From assembly GCF_009914755.1 (NCBI RefSeq), contig NC_060929.1: DNA of 64,000 bases, one strand, 5' to 3'. The position numbers were made by a program, and so were the translations under genes. The notes beneath the pieces were generated by a model. That model worked only from the letters and a program-made list of their open reading frames with translations, ran no database searches and was not told the DNA's origin. This stretch comes from the human T2T-CHM13v2.0 reference genome, Homo sapiens. Positions 33,340-49,193 of this stretch are shown piece after piece. Every line of letters begins with the position of its first letter. Position 1 is the first letter of the stretch.

Positions 33340-33674
33340 GTGAGATCATGAGAAATCTGGGCTATTTTTCTTGATGACTTTTTCTTTCCTCTTCCAATTT
33401 TCTTTTGCGGTATTTGGCTCCGTGTGATACCCATGCTGGGGAACAGAACCTTGAAAGGGTTGTTCCTAGGATGGTCACTGCTGTCGTATGAATCACAAGA
33501 CAGCTGGGGCAGGCTTGGCCCTGAACCGTTTGTGGCTTTGGTGTGGAAGTTTAGGGTGTGTGTGTGTGTGTGTGTGTATGCGGGCACAAGTGTGTGCTTG
33601 CACATGTATCTGTGTGTGAGTGTGATGGCGTATGGCAAAGTAAGAAGATTACTGCTTACTAGGATTTGAGCCCT
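33340..33674. repeat. Inverted duplication 2, left (source) arm
   Basis: Reverse complement of 34071-34452; the ORF track shows near-identical peptides on opposite strands (33312..33707- and 34067..34609+). Confidence 0.96.
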
Positions 33675-33863
33675 TTTTCTAACCAATGGACTATTTTTAT
33701 TCAACAAATGTTCACTTAATATCCAGCTTTTACTAGGCGGTGATGATATAGAGGGGTCTCTTACTGTCTAGAGAACATTATCTACAATTGAATAAGTAAA
33801 TATTACCTAGCCTGTGTATTAGGGTAATGATAGTTGCTATTGCTGTGACAATTAAACCTCCAA

Positions 33864-34002
33864 GTTTTGTTTTGTTTTGTTTTTTTGAGATGGGGGTCTT
33901 GCTGTGTTGCCTAGGCTGGTCTTGAACTCCTGGTCTCAAGCAGTCCTCCCACCTCAGCCTCCTGAGTAGTCAGGATTACCGACACACACCACCGCACCCA
34001 GC
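33864..34002 (-). mobile_element. Alu monomer (FLAM-like)
   Basis: Single arm, TSD aaacctccaagtttt. Confidence 0.88.
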
Positions 34003-34070
34003 TGAAACCTCCAAGTTTTAACGGCTTAACATAACAAAAAATCATTTCTCTCTCACAACCAGCCTAGTGC

Positions 34071-34149
34071 AGGGCTCAAATCCCAGGAAGCAGAAATCTT
34101 ATACAGGCCAGGGCCATCACACTCATACACAGACACATGCGCATGCATG

Positions 34150-34183
<34 letters not shown>

Positions 34184-34452
34184 CGCATGCATGCGTACAC
34201 ACACATACACACACACAGAAATACATGCACACACACACTAAATTTCTACACCAAAGCCACAAATGGTTCACAGCCAAACCTGCCCCGGCTGTCTTGTGAT
34301 TCATACGACGGCAGAGACCATCCTAGGAACAACCGTTTCAAGGTTCTGTTCCCCAGCATGGGTGTCATACAGAGCCGAAAACCACAAAAGAAAATTGGAA
34401 GAGGAAAGAAAAAGTCCTCAAGAAAAATAGCCCAGATTTCTCATGATCTCAC
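34071..34452. repeat. Inverted duplication 2, right (derived) arm with expanded (CA)n
   Basis: Reverse complement of 33340-33674. Confidence 0.96.
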
Positions 34453-35165
34453 TCATCCTTGGTCAGCAGGTGGCTCTCCTCCACATGGTGATTCAGGGAC
34501 TCAGATTCTCTCCATCTTGTGTCCCCACCAATGTCCTAGGGCTGCGAGTACTCTGCCCCCAACTGGTGGAAGGGAGGAGATGGTGGCGAGAAGGTGCATC
34601 TACTTCTGAAGTGCCTTGGGTTGGAGTGAAACACCTCACGTCCTCTCACATCTCATTAGCAAGAACTAACCAAATAGCCCTGCTCAGATGCAAAGGGAGC
34701 TGGAAAAGGTAGCCCGCAAGGAGTCTACACTATGAAGGGGGAATATATGGAATTGTGGTGTTTGCCTGCTATTTCTGCTACTGTCTGATAAGTACTTTAC
34801 TGCAGGGGGTGCACTTGGGATACCACCCAGGCGGGTAAGAGAGGCACCTAACCTGGATTTGGTGCGGGGAGTCATCACACATTGTTCCTTATTTCCCCTC
34901 TTCTCCTCCTGAGCTTGATTTCACCTCTCCAGCCTGCCTCTTCCCCTGTGTGTATCTCTCACACCATTGCACCTGCTCTTTCCTGTCCCTGGAATTTTTC
35001 TCCCACTTCACCTTGCCCTTCCTGTGGCTAGTGCAGTATTCCATCAGGGACAAGCGTGGAAAGCATTCCCCCAAGAAGCCTTTCCTGGACCCACAAATTC
35101 AGCTTGTGTTCTGGTCTTTTATGGAGGCAAAGAAAGGCGATTTTTATTTATTGGGGTTTGAAAGC

Positions 35166-35534
35166 TGATACGGTTTGGCTCTGTGTCCCCACCCAAATCT
35201 CATCTCAAATCGTAATCCCTATGTGTCCAGGGAGGTACCTGGGGGCAGGTGATTGGATCATGGGGGCGGTTTCCCCCATGCTGTTCTTGTGATAGTGAGG
35301 GAGTTCTCATGAGATCCGATGGTTTAAAAGTGTTTGGAAGTTCCCCCTCCCCCCCCCTCCCTTTCCTGCTGCCTTGTGAAAAGGTTCCTGCTTGCTCTTC
35401 ACCTTCTGCCATGATTGTAAGTTTCCTGAGGCCTTCCCAGCCACGCGGAACTGTGAACTAATTAAAGCTGTTCTCTTTATAAATTGCCCAGTCTCAGGTA
35501 GTTCTTTGTATCAGTGTGAAAAAAGACTAATCCA
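35166..35534 (+). mobile_element. MSTA/THE1-like MaLR solo LTR
   Basis: tgatacggtttggctctgtgtccccacccaaatctcatc...gactaatcca; TSD aaagc/agagc. Confidence 0.9.
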
Positions 35535-36660
35535 AGAGCCCATGAAAAGGCATGTCTGCTAATCAAATGGAAGTTTTACACACATAAACTTCAGCCTCTA
35601 GAGAAAAGAGAGGCAGGGGAGCCATAAGGTGATAGGGAAGTGAGGACGGGACCTCATTCATTCACACGTTCAATTTTCCAATAGCTTAGAGGGGAGAACT
35701 CCAGCCCTTTGGAGGTGGAGAGGCAGCGTGGGCTCCCAGATCACATCAGTTCAGGAACCTACATTTCTACAAGTGGGTTTTATGAGTTGTTTCTGAGGGT
35801 TTATTTCTAGGGAATAAATGGTACAAATTTTCAAATGCCAGTTGAGGAGTGGGACATCGAGATCGAGGCAGGGCCCTTCCTAGGGAAACATCCTCTTTGA
35901 CCAGGGAGGAGAAGGACATGGTTATCCAGCCAGCCTCAGTCTTGGAGCAGAAGGTGGAGGGAAAGTAGACTCCTCTAGGGTCAGAACAATCATGGAATGC
36001 ATCTTCCAGTTCCAACAGCCCCAGGATCTTGTAAAGGAGCATGGGGTTTTAATTTTTAAATACGAGAAATGAGCATATTTCTCCTGCAGCCGAGCTTATC
36101 TCCTTATTAAAAAAATATTTTCTTACTAATTATTTCTGATGATCTCAAGGGAAAGCGCCTTTTGCGATTATTTTGACAAGTTCATACATGCAAGGGGCTT
36201 GCTGATCCTGCATTTACAAGGCGATGGTTGCTTCTACTGTTTAGGTTACCATTAGAGTTCCCTAAAAATAGAACCATGAGCTGGGTGCTCAGAAACAAAC
36301 TTGGCAGAATGGTTTAGGAAGGGGACTGAGCTAACCCCATTGGGACAGAATACAGTCGGTTTCTCTTATTCTACGCTCCAGTCTGAAAGCATGGTTTTCT
36401 GAGGCCACGCGCTGGGCCTGTATACCATAAGAGAGTAATTTCACTGTGAGCGTAATGATAAATGCAGAAACTGAAGGCAAAATATCCAAGATATGGGGTC
36501 CGTCTTTAAGATCAGATAGACCAGTTCTTGATTAGCAGCCATTCAGGAACCCTCAGACTCTCAGCCTGTGGGTGGTCCTCAGTGTTTCTTGTGACTTCTT
36601 AGCCCAAGCCCAAACATTCACTCATTCACCAAATATTGATAGAGTACCTGCTGTGTGCCA

Positions 36661-37132
<472 letters not shown>

Positions 37133-37267
37133 CTAGGTGCTTCCGGAAGAAAAATGAGGCAGGTTAAGGGACTACGGAGGGATGGAGGGGACCTTGCTGG
37201 ATAGTGGGGGCTGGGAAGGCTGCTCTGAGAAAGTGACAATGAGGAGAGGCCTGAGCTATAAGAATGA

Positions 37268-37866
<599 letters not shown>

Positions 37867-38702
37867 CAAACTGCCTTTTTTCATTGTGTTGGTGAATGCG
37901 TGCAGAGATGGAGGTCTGCTTTCCAATCTTACAGGAATTTGCTTTTCGGTGAAAAGGAAGGAATTGATGAACACAAACAGCCTTGTGGCCCCTGTTCAGA
38001 GAAAGCCAATGGAAGTTGGTGGAAGACCAAACCACTCCTTTCTGTTCCTTAGAACCACGGGGCTGCCCACCACCGGGCAAGTGTCTGGCTTGTGAGAGTG
38101 TTCTGACTTTTCTGCAGAGAACTTCAGGTCTCATTGTCCCATAGAGCAACTTTGACCATTGCCCAAATAAATCCTTGGATCTGGCTGGTTAACAGCAGCT
38201 CTGTTGCTAATAAATCCTTTGAAATCTTTTGCCTTGTGTTTTTCATGACATATTTGCATGTCAGGATCATTTGGGTTTTGGAGTTGCGGTCTCCTGCTGT
38301 TCCTAACGTCATAAACGGATAGTAATAACCCAGGAGGGGATTATGTTTTGGGGTTGCAAGTAGATGAGCTTTAAAAACATTAATCTTATTTGTGGGCAAA
38401 TATGGCTAATGATAGACTAGGGAAAACAAAATAATTCAAAATCTGCAATGAATGCTTGGTTATTTCCAAAGGGCCTGCTTTTTAATGAAGTGCAGTAAAT
38501 AATGAAGAATAAGAGGGGAAAAAATGTAGAAACAGCATCCCAGGAGTTTCTTGGTGTTGTTGTTTTTGTTGTTTTAATAAAAATTAAAATAGACAAACCA
38601 AGGCAAGGGAGTAGCATTGACCTCCACTCCCAAGTGGGGCTGGGGCTGGACCTCAGGGCTGGATCCTATCTGTGGGTCACTGGTAAAAGCAAACCTCCAT
38701 TA

Positions 38703-39172
<470 letters not shown>

Positions 39173-39589
39173 CTTCCTGGCTGCCCCCTGTCCTGGCCTC
39201 ATCTCCCGTGTGGATTGGCTCTTGCCACACTTTCCTGGGAGTTATTTCATCTCAAAGTGAAGCCTGCAAGGGGCCTTAACATTATCTAATACTAAGTTTT
39301 ACTGATAGGACTTGCAGGACTTCACATAGATTGAATGGCTTTCCAAAGTTCACAGTAACAGAGGTGGGATCAATCAACAGGAAAAATTATTAGGAGCATT
39401 TGTAAAAGAAGAGGCTTTACAGGCTTTTTACATTCTACTCTTGGATGCTTACTTTGCTGATGCTTACAAGAACTGTTTGTTGAGTGTCTGTTACCATCTA
39501 TCTGCTCTGCTACCATCTATCACCCGAAGAAACATGAAGGCTGTCTTAAATGGGCCGTAAAATAATAATAATAGTAATAATAATGTTGA

Positions 39590-39810
39590 GAACATTTGCT
39601 GAGTGTTTACTCTGAGCCAGGACTATACTAAACCTTTTAATAAATCCTGGATCTCATTAAATCCTCTCCACGACCCTGCAAGCAGGCACTATTAATGTTC
39701 CCATTTTACAGGTGATAAAACTGAAACGCAAGGAGCTTAGGAAGCAGCGGGTGAGGAATCTGAGCCTTGCTCTTCTGGATTGCAGAGCGGGCACTCCTAA
39801 CGGCTAAGCT
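39590..39810 (-). mobile_element. MIR
   Basis: tttgctgagtgtttactctgagccagg...cccattttacaggtgataaaactgaaac. Confidence 0.75.
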
Positions 39811-40018
39811 CACCCCTTTTCCTCCCTGATGATTAGCAATTCAGTTGTTCCTGTAGTTAGGAGGCATTGTTTTCAGGGTGTTTGAACCTAAACTCAAGGA
39901 GAAGAAATGTACATACATCCTTCTGGCTCACACTGCTCAGGCCATCAGTGGGGTTTTTGCCAGTGTTTTGGTTGCTGCTGGTTTTGGATTTTTCAGTCAT
40001 ATCAGGACTTTAGTTTGA

Positions 40019-40424
<406 letters not shown>

Positions 40425-41661
40425 AGTTTGCGTTTCTTTTAAAGCAGACCTTGAGATGAGGATTTGGGGTAGGAAGTTTGCTTGGGTACAGAAATGAGGA
40501 GGAAGAGGGAGGTAACAGAAAAGGGAGAGAGCTGACAAAGGGTGTGCTCATGAGGCAACTGCGGTGACAGCCAGGGCTCAAGCCCTCTGTGGATCGCTAA
40601 GAGTCTATGTGGAACACATCTCAGAATTGCCCCACCAAGACCCCTGGACTCAGGGTTACCTATCAACTCCCACCCTTATTCCTTCATTGGGTGCAGGTTG
40701 CTTTTGGGGGCACGATTCCTTGGTACCTCCCAGGCCTGAGAGCACCCCCAGGGAGAGAGGCAGAACTGTCCTTAGGTGATCCAGGCAGGGTGGCTTGGGA
40801 GCTAGGACCACGATGTCTGCTACAATCCATTCCTACTCTCGAGGAACTCTCAGTCCTGTGGGCCAGGAGGATTCACAGAAGTCAGTCACAGTACAGTCAG
40901 ACAATGGGAAGATAAGCGCAAGGAATGGAGTACAACCAAAAAGAGATGATGATTTCATCAGGGGCATTAAGGAGGGCTTTCCAGAGGAGGTGACATAGAA
41001 AGGGTAAGAGCAGATTGAAAATAGTTCCCTGTTATCAACGTCTTCCTTATTCTCACTGCTAGGGCATAGTGTGTGTAACGCTGTGTCCATGGTTGCTGGC
41101 ATTTGTTGTCTGAGAGCTTTGAAGGCTTCTTTTCCTGTGCAATGTCATGTCAGGACACTCCTGTGGTCAGCATCAGGACTGGGAGCTGGCGTGCTGTGCT
41201 CATAGCAGCGGCACAACCTCTAAGCCATTGTCCTTGAAGTTGTGTCTCGAAGAGCCTGGTGCCAGTCCCACGGCCCCCCACATGCACTAGTGCGGCCCTC
41301 CTTCACATTCAGATCATGGTTGCTCCTGCTGTGAAATCTTGGGCAAGTGGCCAGCCTGGCTGAGCCTGAGTTTCCTGATGACTATCCAAGGCCAGGCACC
41401 CGCGGCCTCCACTAATGCTTCTCAATGCAAAATTCGAGAAACCAGAAAGCCTGCATGCAGATCACATGGAGAGCTCGTTCAACACCGATTCCTGGGGACC
41501 ACCCCTGCAAAGGCTCTGAGTCTGTAGTTATGCGGTCAGGTCTGAAGCTTTGCATTTAAAGGGCTCGCCTCTCTGCTGAAGCTGCTGGTCTGCAGTCCTC
41601 ACCTGGAGGGGTGGAGCTCTAGGACCTCTCCTCAGTTCTCTCCTGGATGTTTTCACCTAGA

Positions 41662-41870
41662 TCAGGGGATTCTCAGCATTAGCAATTCTGATGCCTGAGG
41701 ATGGATAATTGTTGTGGGAGCTGCCCATGGACAGTAGGAGGTTTAGCAGCATCCTTGACCTCTACCCACTAGGTGCCATTAGCACCTCCCAATAGTGATG
41801 ACCAAAAATGTCTCCAGACATTGCCAGGCATACCCTAGGAGGCAAAATCACTCCACCTCGAGAACGACTG
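41662..41870. mobile_element. MER20 DNA transposon, flanked by MER5A-like copies (~41415-41615 and ~41888-42050)
   Basis: tttagcagcatccttgacctctacccactaggtgcca...accaaaaatgtctccagacattgcca; right flank has aatcacctgggggtcttgttaaaatgcagatt. Confidence 0.8.
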
Positions 41871-43232
41871 TCCTAGATGTTCTGGAATACTGCTTCTCAG
41901 ACTTGAATGTATGTAGGAATCACCTGGGGGTCTTGTTAAAATGCAGATTCCAATCGGTAAGTCTGGGGAGGGGCCTGAGAGTCTGCATTTCTGTTGCCCT
42001 CCTCGCCAAAGCTGCTACAGCCAATTGGTGGGTCACCCTCTGAGGAGCAGCAATCTACACTCCAGTGGGTGGTATGCTTTGGCTGGACCCAAAGGCTCAA
42101 AGGTGTACCTGCCAGTGTGGGATTTGGCCAGTCCCTCTAGTTCCCTCTGATTCCCCCAGGCTAATGGAATCCATGGCTGCTGCTTCTCTTCCCCTGCCAA
42201 CCCCACCTCCAGCCCAGGGCCTCCTGCCCCACTTGTCCAGGGAGAAGCTAGCCTTCCTTTCAAAAGCGACAGGAAGTCAGTGTTCCTTCAGGGTGCATAA
42301 GGATCTCTCGGGCCCTCTCAGTACCCAAATAACCCACTTTGGAGTCTAGTATTTTTTCTTTACTCAGAATTTCTAAAGAGGAAAATAGGAGGAAGGGCAC
42401 CTTCCTTATGGACAGTGACAGGCACAGGTCTGCCAACCTGAAATTCTAGGAGGTTTAGAGGAAATTGTCTCTGTGCAGTAGGGTGAGCAGGTGGTTCTCA
42501 GAGACAAAGAAGAAGCAATTATGGAACATGAAGGGCCTAAGGCATATGGGGTTGGACAGAGCGGGGGCTCCCTTTACATAACACTGAACCCCAGGAATTA
42601 TTCTGATAACGAAACACTTTGTAGACTTCTAGAAATGCTGTCACTTTGCCCATTGTTATTTTTAGCCATTGTTTCCTTATTGGGAATAGGAAACATTCTT
42701 AGGAGACCTTTTTTCCATGGTTTAGTGAGAAGGTTTGAGATACTACGGGGAAGGAAAAGTGGCTACTGCCCTGTAGAGCTCCTGTACGGAAGGTACTCAG
42801 GTGTGAGGAAAGGGGAAGGGGCAGCTGACCTCTAAAAGTCAGTGGCAGGGCTCCCCTGGGACATCTCAGGTGGGAACGTGGGCTCTTTTCCAGAGCGACA
42901 CGCTTCCCTCTGACCACTGGTTCTGTGGGGCTGTGAGGACAGGCCCGCCCTGCACAGGACAGTTCTGTACTCTGCACAATACAGAGTGAGTATGTATGTG
43001 TTGATGTGAGGGAGTCTTCCCCATTTCATGTTTGTATGGGGGAATGCACTGCGAGCTCCAAAATGCCAGCTGTTACTTTGGGACAAGTCACCTGCCTGGA
43101 CCTGGGATGCCATGTTTGATAAGTCCTACCTAGAACAAGAGGTTATGGCTCCTTGGTTTTCCCATAGGAAGGGTGTGTGTGCATGAGGTGAGTTGGGGAA
43201 AGATTGGTGTGGGATAGAGCAGATGGGGATTA

Positions 43233-43889
<657 letters not shown>

Positions 43890-45402
43890 GTCAGGAAGAT
43901 GGCTTAGACCAACAGGCTTCAAATACAGTCTGTGAAAAGACAGGTACCGGTCAGCAGTGAAGTTTCAGTCTAGTGAGAAATGAGAAAAATCGAGTCAAGA
44001 GAGTGACTAATGAGTAAGCTAATTACTCACTTTAAAGAACAGAGCTTTATGCTACACTTATGGCCTTTCTCCTTTGGAGGAACTTGAACTGTCTTGTCAT
44101 TAATGAGAGTATGGTGTTTCTCAATGATATTTATTTAGTATCTTTATTAGCCAAAACCAAAAACACTTAGAAATAGTTTGGTTCCAAAAATAATTTGTAA
44201 AATGTTTATTGGCCTGTGAAAGCCAGATGTCTAGAAACCGCTGAATTGGGCAATTAGAACAGTGAAGGCGCAAGATGAGAGCAGTCTGGTCTTGGGTGGT
44301 GGCTGTAGGAGGGGAGGGAGGACAAGATAGAATTTTGTGGCTGACTGGATGCCTCTGAATCTGGGCGACTGAGAGTGATGATGGGACCTTTTATGGAAAT
44401 GTGTAAGTTGGAGAGGGAACAAGTCTGGGGACAAATGAAACACTTGGGAGTCATAAAACATGAATGGCTGCTCTTTGTGGCGGGTATGGTACTGTGAGCT
44501 CTATTTTCCATTATTTCATGTAATCAATGTGACCGCCCTTCCAGGTGGGGGCTGTTGTTGCCTCGGTGTTACAAATGAGGGCAGAGAGAAGGAGAGGCAC
44601 ATTGTCCTCTGACCCAGGGGGGTGGAGGACTCAAGTGTGGGACTGTGGGATCACGAAGCCCCAGAAGGCACCAGATCCCTGTTCTGTGCTAACCACCCTG
44701 TATGTGGGAACCGGGTGCTGTGGAGTGGATGGGATCTGAGGAGAGAGGATGGAAAGGATGAGAACAGAGCTTAGAGTAAGAAAATATTTGGCTGGGGGAC
44801 CCAGAAACCCTCAGATCCTGTCTCCTATCAGCCAATCCTCTAAAAGATGATAGATAACAGGGTCCACAGAGGGCATTGGCTGGCAAGTGGGACCATTTAT
44901 TTCTGGGCACTTTTGCTCTCATTGTGCAGCTCTTTGCGTCAGTGTTGGAGGTAGGCTGAAGCCCCAAAGCTGGTAGGCTCGTGGGCTCCTTCTCCCCGCT
45001 CCCACCCATTTTCCAAGTCTGCCCTGAGTTCTGGATCTTACAGTAGGAAGGAAAGGCTGTGCTGGCCATGCCCACCAGCAGGAAGCAAAGCTTGTGGAAA
45101 GGCCTTTGGTAAGATGGCCTCAGCTGCCCAGCTCAGGGCTGCTCAGGCCCTGTCTGCGTTGGCTGCCAATCCTATCAAAGGGATAATAATAATAATAGTA
45201 GCAATGATTTTGATCTAGGCATTGTACTAAGCACTTTGCATGGAATAGAAAAAATGCTCCAAGAAAGAAACAAGCCAGAAAAGCAGTTGTTCCAGAATAG
45301 GTGCCCTTTCCACTAAGGCCTTGCACTCCAGAATCACGTGGCCCAATCGATGTCTTACATTCTATCAGTCCTTATCAGCATTCTTATCCCTTGAAGGACT
45401 TT

Positions 45403-45705
45403 TTTATTTTTTTATTTTTAGACGGGCTCCCACTCTGTCACCCAGACTGGAGTGCAATGGAGTGATCTTGGCTCACAGCAACGTCCACCTCCTGGGCTCA
45501 AGTGATCCTCCAACCTCGGCCTTGCAAGTAGCTGGGATGGGACTATGGGCACGCACCACCATGCCCAGCTAATTTTTCTATTTTTGGTAGAGACACTGTT
45601 CTACCATGTGGCCCCGGCTAGCCTCAAACTCCTGGGCTCAAGCAATCTGCCCTCTTAGGCCTCCCAAAGTGTTGGGATTACAGGCGTGAGCCACCGTGCC
45701 CAGCC
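45403..45705 (-). mobile_element. Alu (AluJ-like)
   Basis: Reverse Alu, TSD ccttgaag. Confidence 0.92.
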
Positions 45706-46272
45706 TCCTTGAAGAACTTTGAATTCCTTACCCATAAAAACTTAGTTGAGCGCTCTATGTGTTCCCAATTCATCACAGGAAAGGAAAATGCCTATTTTAT
45801 ACTCTTAAGTTTATCCTTTGAACAAACATTGGACTGGCCATGAGTTAGCCTTAAGCTTTTTTCATTCATTCATTCATTTATTCATGTATTTATTTATTCA
45901 TTTAACAAGAGCTCATTAATCACTCAGTGTAAATCCACAGCGCAGAGGGTGAAATAAACAAAAGTGTCCAGTATGATCCCTGTATTTCAAGCACTCATAG
46001 GTCTTAACCTACTTGAAAAGACAGAATGCACAGGATTCAATGGACAGCACTCTTGTTCTGACACATACACCGAAGGCCTCAGAGGTCAGAAGGAGTGACA
46101 AGTGGACGAGAGGGACTGAGAGAGGCAGCATGCACTTGAAATAGACTTGAAGGCCAGAGAGATTGGGGTATGATGGAGATTGTGGGGAGGGCAGGAAGAG
46201 ACATTGTAGGAAGATGAGCAGAAATATAACAGCAAAAGAAAGGGACTTGTAGAACAATTTCTTTGCTTTCTC

Positions 46273-46557
46273 TTTTTTTTTTTTTTTTGAGACAGAGTCT
46301 CGCTCTGTCACCCATGGCATGATCTTGGCTCACTGTAACCTCCGCCTCCTGGGTCCAAGCGATTCTCCCTCCCTCAGCCTCCCGAGTAGCTGGGATTACA
46401 GGCATCCACCACCACGCCCTGCTAATTTTTGTATTTTTAGTAGAGACAGGGTTCACCATGTTGGCCAGGCTGGTCTCCAGCTCCTGATGTCAGGTGATCT
46501 GCCCGCCTCGGCCTCCCAAAGTGCTGGGATTACAGGTGTGAGCTACCACGGCCGGCC
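46273..46557 (-). mobile_element. Alu (AluS-like) with small internal deletion
   Basis: Reverse Alu, TSD tgtagaacaatttc. Confidence 0.93.
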
Positions 46558-47029
46558 CTGTAGAACAATTTCAAGTGACTCGTCTAAGGCATACGGCTTC
46601 CCCAGAGGAGATTTTTAAAAAGGGGGGTTTGGCTTTGAGGACTGCTTTCCCCAAGGCCAGAGACATGGCGGATCCTATTCCTTCCCCTGCCAGGTGACTT
46701 AACTCACTCCCTTGTTGTAGGCCTTTTTGTCCCCTCGATAGGGTCAGCCCTATGAAAAAAGGATGAATCTACCTAGGAGCAAGGCCCTGCTTGGGGAAAA
46801 ACAACCAAAATGAAAAGTGGTTCATGGCTGATAAGAGCTGAAAGCTTTGAAAGCTTCAGTTGCCAGGAAGGGTTGCATTACTGTCAAGCCGAGGCGGTGG
46901 GGAATGACAGCGGATTATTGTGTCCTGCCCTCCCTAGCCTTGCACTGGGTTTCAGGGGAGCTTCTGGGACAAAACCATTCGAGAGTGAGACCCTGTCTCT
47001 AAAAAAAATTTTTATTTGTTTAAAAAGGA

Positions 47030-47476
47030 GGTATATCCATGTGATGGAGTACTATTTAGTGATAAAAAGAAATGAGCTATTGACACATGCAACAATGTGG
47101 ATGAATCTCAGGATCATTATGCTGAGTGAAAGAAGCAAGACAAAAAAGAGTACATACGGCATAAATGCACTTATATATAATAAAATTCTAGAAAAGGCAC
47201 GCTGATCTTTAGGGGTAGAAAGCAGACCAACGTTTAGGGGGTCGAATGGGGATGGTAGGACAGCAGCAGAGGAGGAAGGGGGGAGGACCAAGGGAAGGGA
47301 GGGACTTTGGGGGCTAATGAGTATGTCCGTTATCTTAGTTGTAAAGATGGTTTCATGGATAATGATGGTTTTATATATAACCATATGTAAAGATGGTTTC
47401 ATAGGTTAAAAGTTAGCAAACCTGTATGCTTTAAATATGTGTGGTTTATTACATGTCAATTATACATCAGTAAAGG
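47030..47476 (+). mobile_element. L1ME/MD-type 3' fragment
   Basis: ggtatatccatgtgatggagtactattt...catgcaacaatgtggatgaatctca...tatgctgagtgaaagaagc...tgtcaattatacatcagtaaag. Confidence 0.8.
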
Positions 47477-47539
47477 TCTTTATAAGGACTCCAGACATGG
47501 GGGACAGATGGTCAACGAGCATTTCCCTAGGGCAGGCCT

Positions 47540-47970
47540 TGTGTGTTGCAGGTTGGATTCCTGGGGAAGCCAGCTTCTAGTGAGAATACCCTGGAGGAAG
47601 CTCCTGGCCAGTACCCATGTGATGAGACCAGCTGCAGTGTATCCGCCAAGGACTCAGCCTACTCCCACTCACCCCAGAGCTCTGGGCTAGCACAGCCCTT
47701 GAGAGTTGTGATCTGGGATCCAAGGCTCTATGTCCCTACGTTGGAAGCAGCAGCTGCTGAGGGGAATTCCCTGAGAGAGCTGGCACCTGAGAGCCTTGTG
47801 GTGATACTTCTGGAGCCTGGGGACAGTCAGTTCTGGTGGGGGACGTCTGGAGCCTGGGGACAGTCAGTTCTCAGGGACAGCTGGAGCCTGGGGACAGTCA
47901 GTTCTGGTGGGGGACGTCTGGAGCCTGGGGACGTCAGTCTCTAGGGTGATTCATCACAGCACCCCCTACA
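47540..47970. mobile_element. Old ERVL-type LTR (LTR33/LTR16-like)
   Basis: tgttgcaggttggattcctggggaagc start, resembling the LTR33 consensus as I recall it. Confidence 0.45.
47810..47940. repeat. Minisatellite with 37/34/37-bp units plus a partial unit
   Basis: ctggagcctggggac at 47810, 47847, 47881 and 47918. Confidence 0.93.
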
Positions 47971-47999
47971 GCCTGGGTGTTTTCAGTGGAATTTCTTAA

Positions 48000-48356
<357 letters not shown>

Positions 48357-48828
48357 TAGGTAATTCTCCCCACTCAACTACTTTTTTTCTTTTAGACACT
48401 TCGTGATGTCAAAAAAATTTTCCCTGCCAGACTATTTGGGGAAGGGCGGTATGGGCAGGATAGTGGCCTCTGACTACAGAGCCCCCCTCCACTGAACTGA
48501 CCAAGGAGAAAGGCTCTCTGTTTTGTGGGAGACACTTCTCAGGGTGTTATCTTCATAGTAAGATGAATTGACAGGTGCCTGTTCTTTTCCCTGCCCTTGA
48601 CTGAAAGATCCATGCTGGATTGGCACAGATTCCAGGCTTTCTTATGGAAAGCAAAATATTCTTTCGCTTTTGCGAAGCAGCTTCTGCATAAAAATATTTC
48701 CAGTAGCTTATGTTTTCAAAAGGTTCCCTCTCCAAAGCTGAGGATTTTAAAAAGTGGGTTGAAAGGCGTGGTCTCTGAGGAGGACACTGAGTTTCCCTGC
48801 AGGTATCTTGTGGGGCATTGTGATCTGA

Positions 48829-49193
<365 letters not shown>

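Larger units (their letters stand above)
33814..34775 (-). mobile_element. Old MLT1 (MLT1I/J/K-like) LTR split by a FLAM and by the duplicated arm
   Basis: tgtattagg...ggcttaacataacaaaaaatcatttctctctcac | insert | ggctctcctccacatggtgattcagggactcag...cacatctcattagcaagaacta...cagatgcaaagggagctggaaa. Confidence 0.7.

Noticed and set aside
33312-34609. Two near-identical peptides on opposite strands with a basic NLS-like stretch (KKIGRGKKKSSRK)
   Set aside because: By-product of the inverted duplication; frames run through CA repeats and LTR sequence; no evidence of coding constraint
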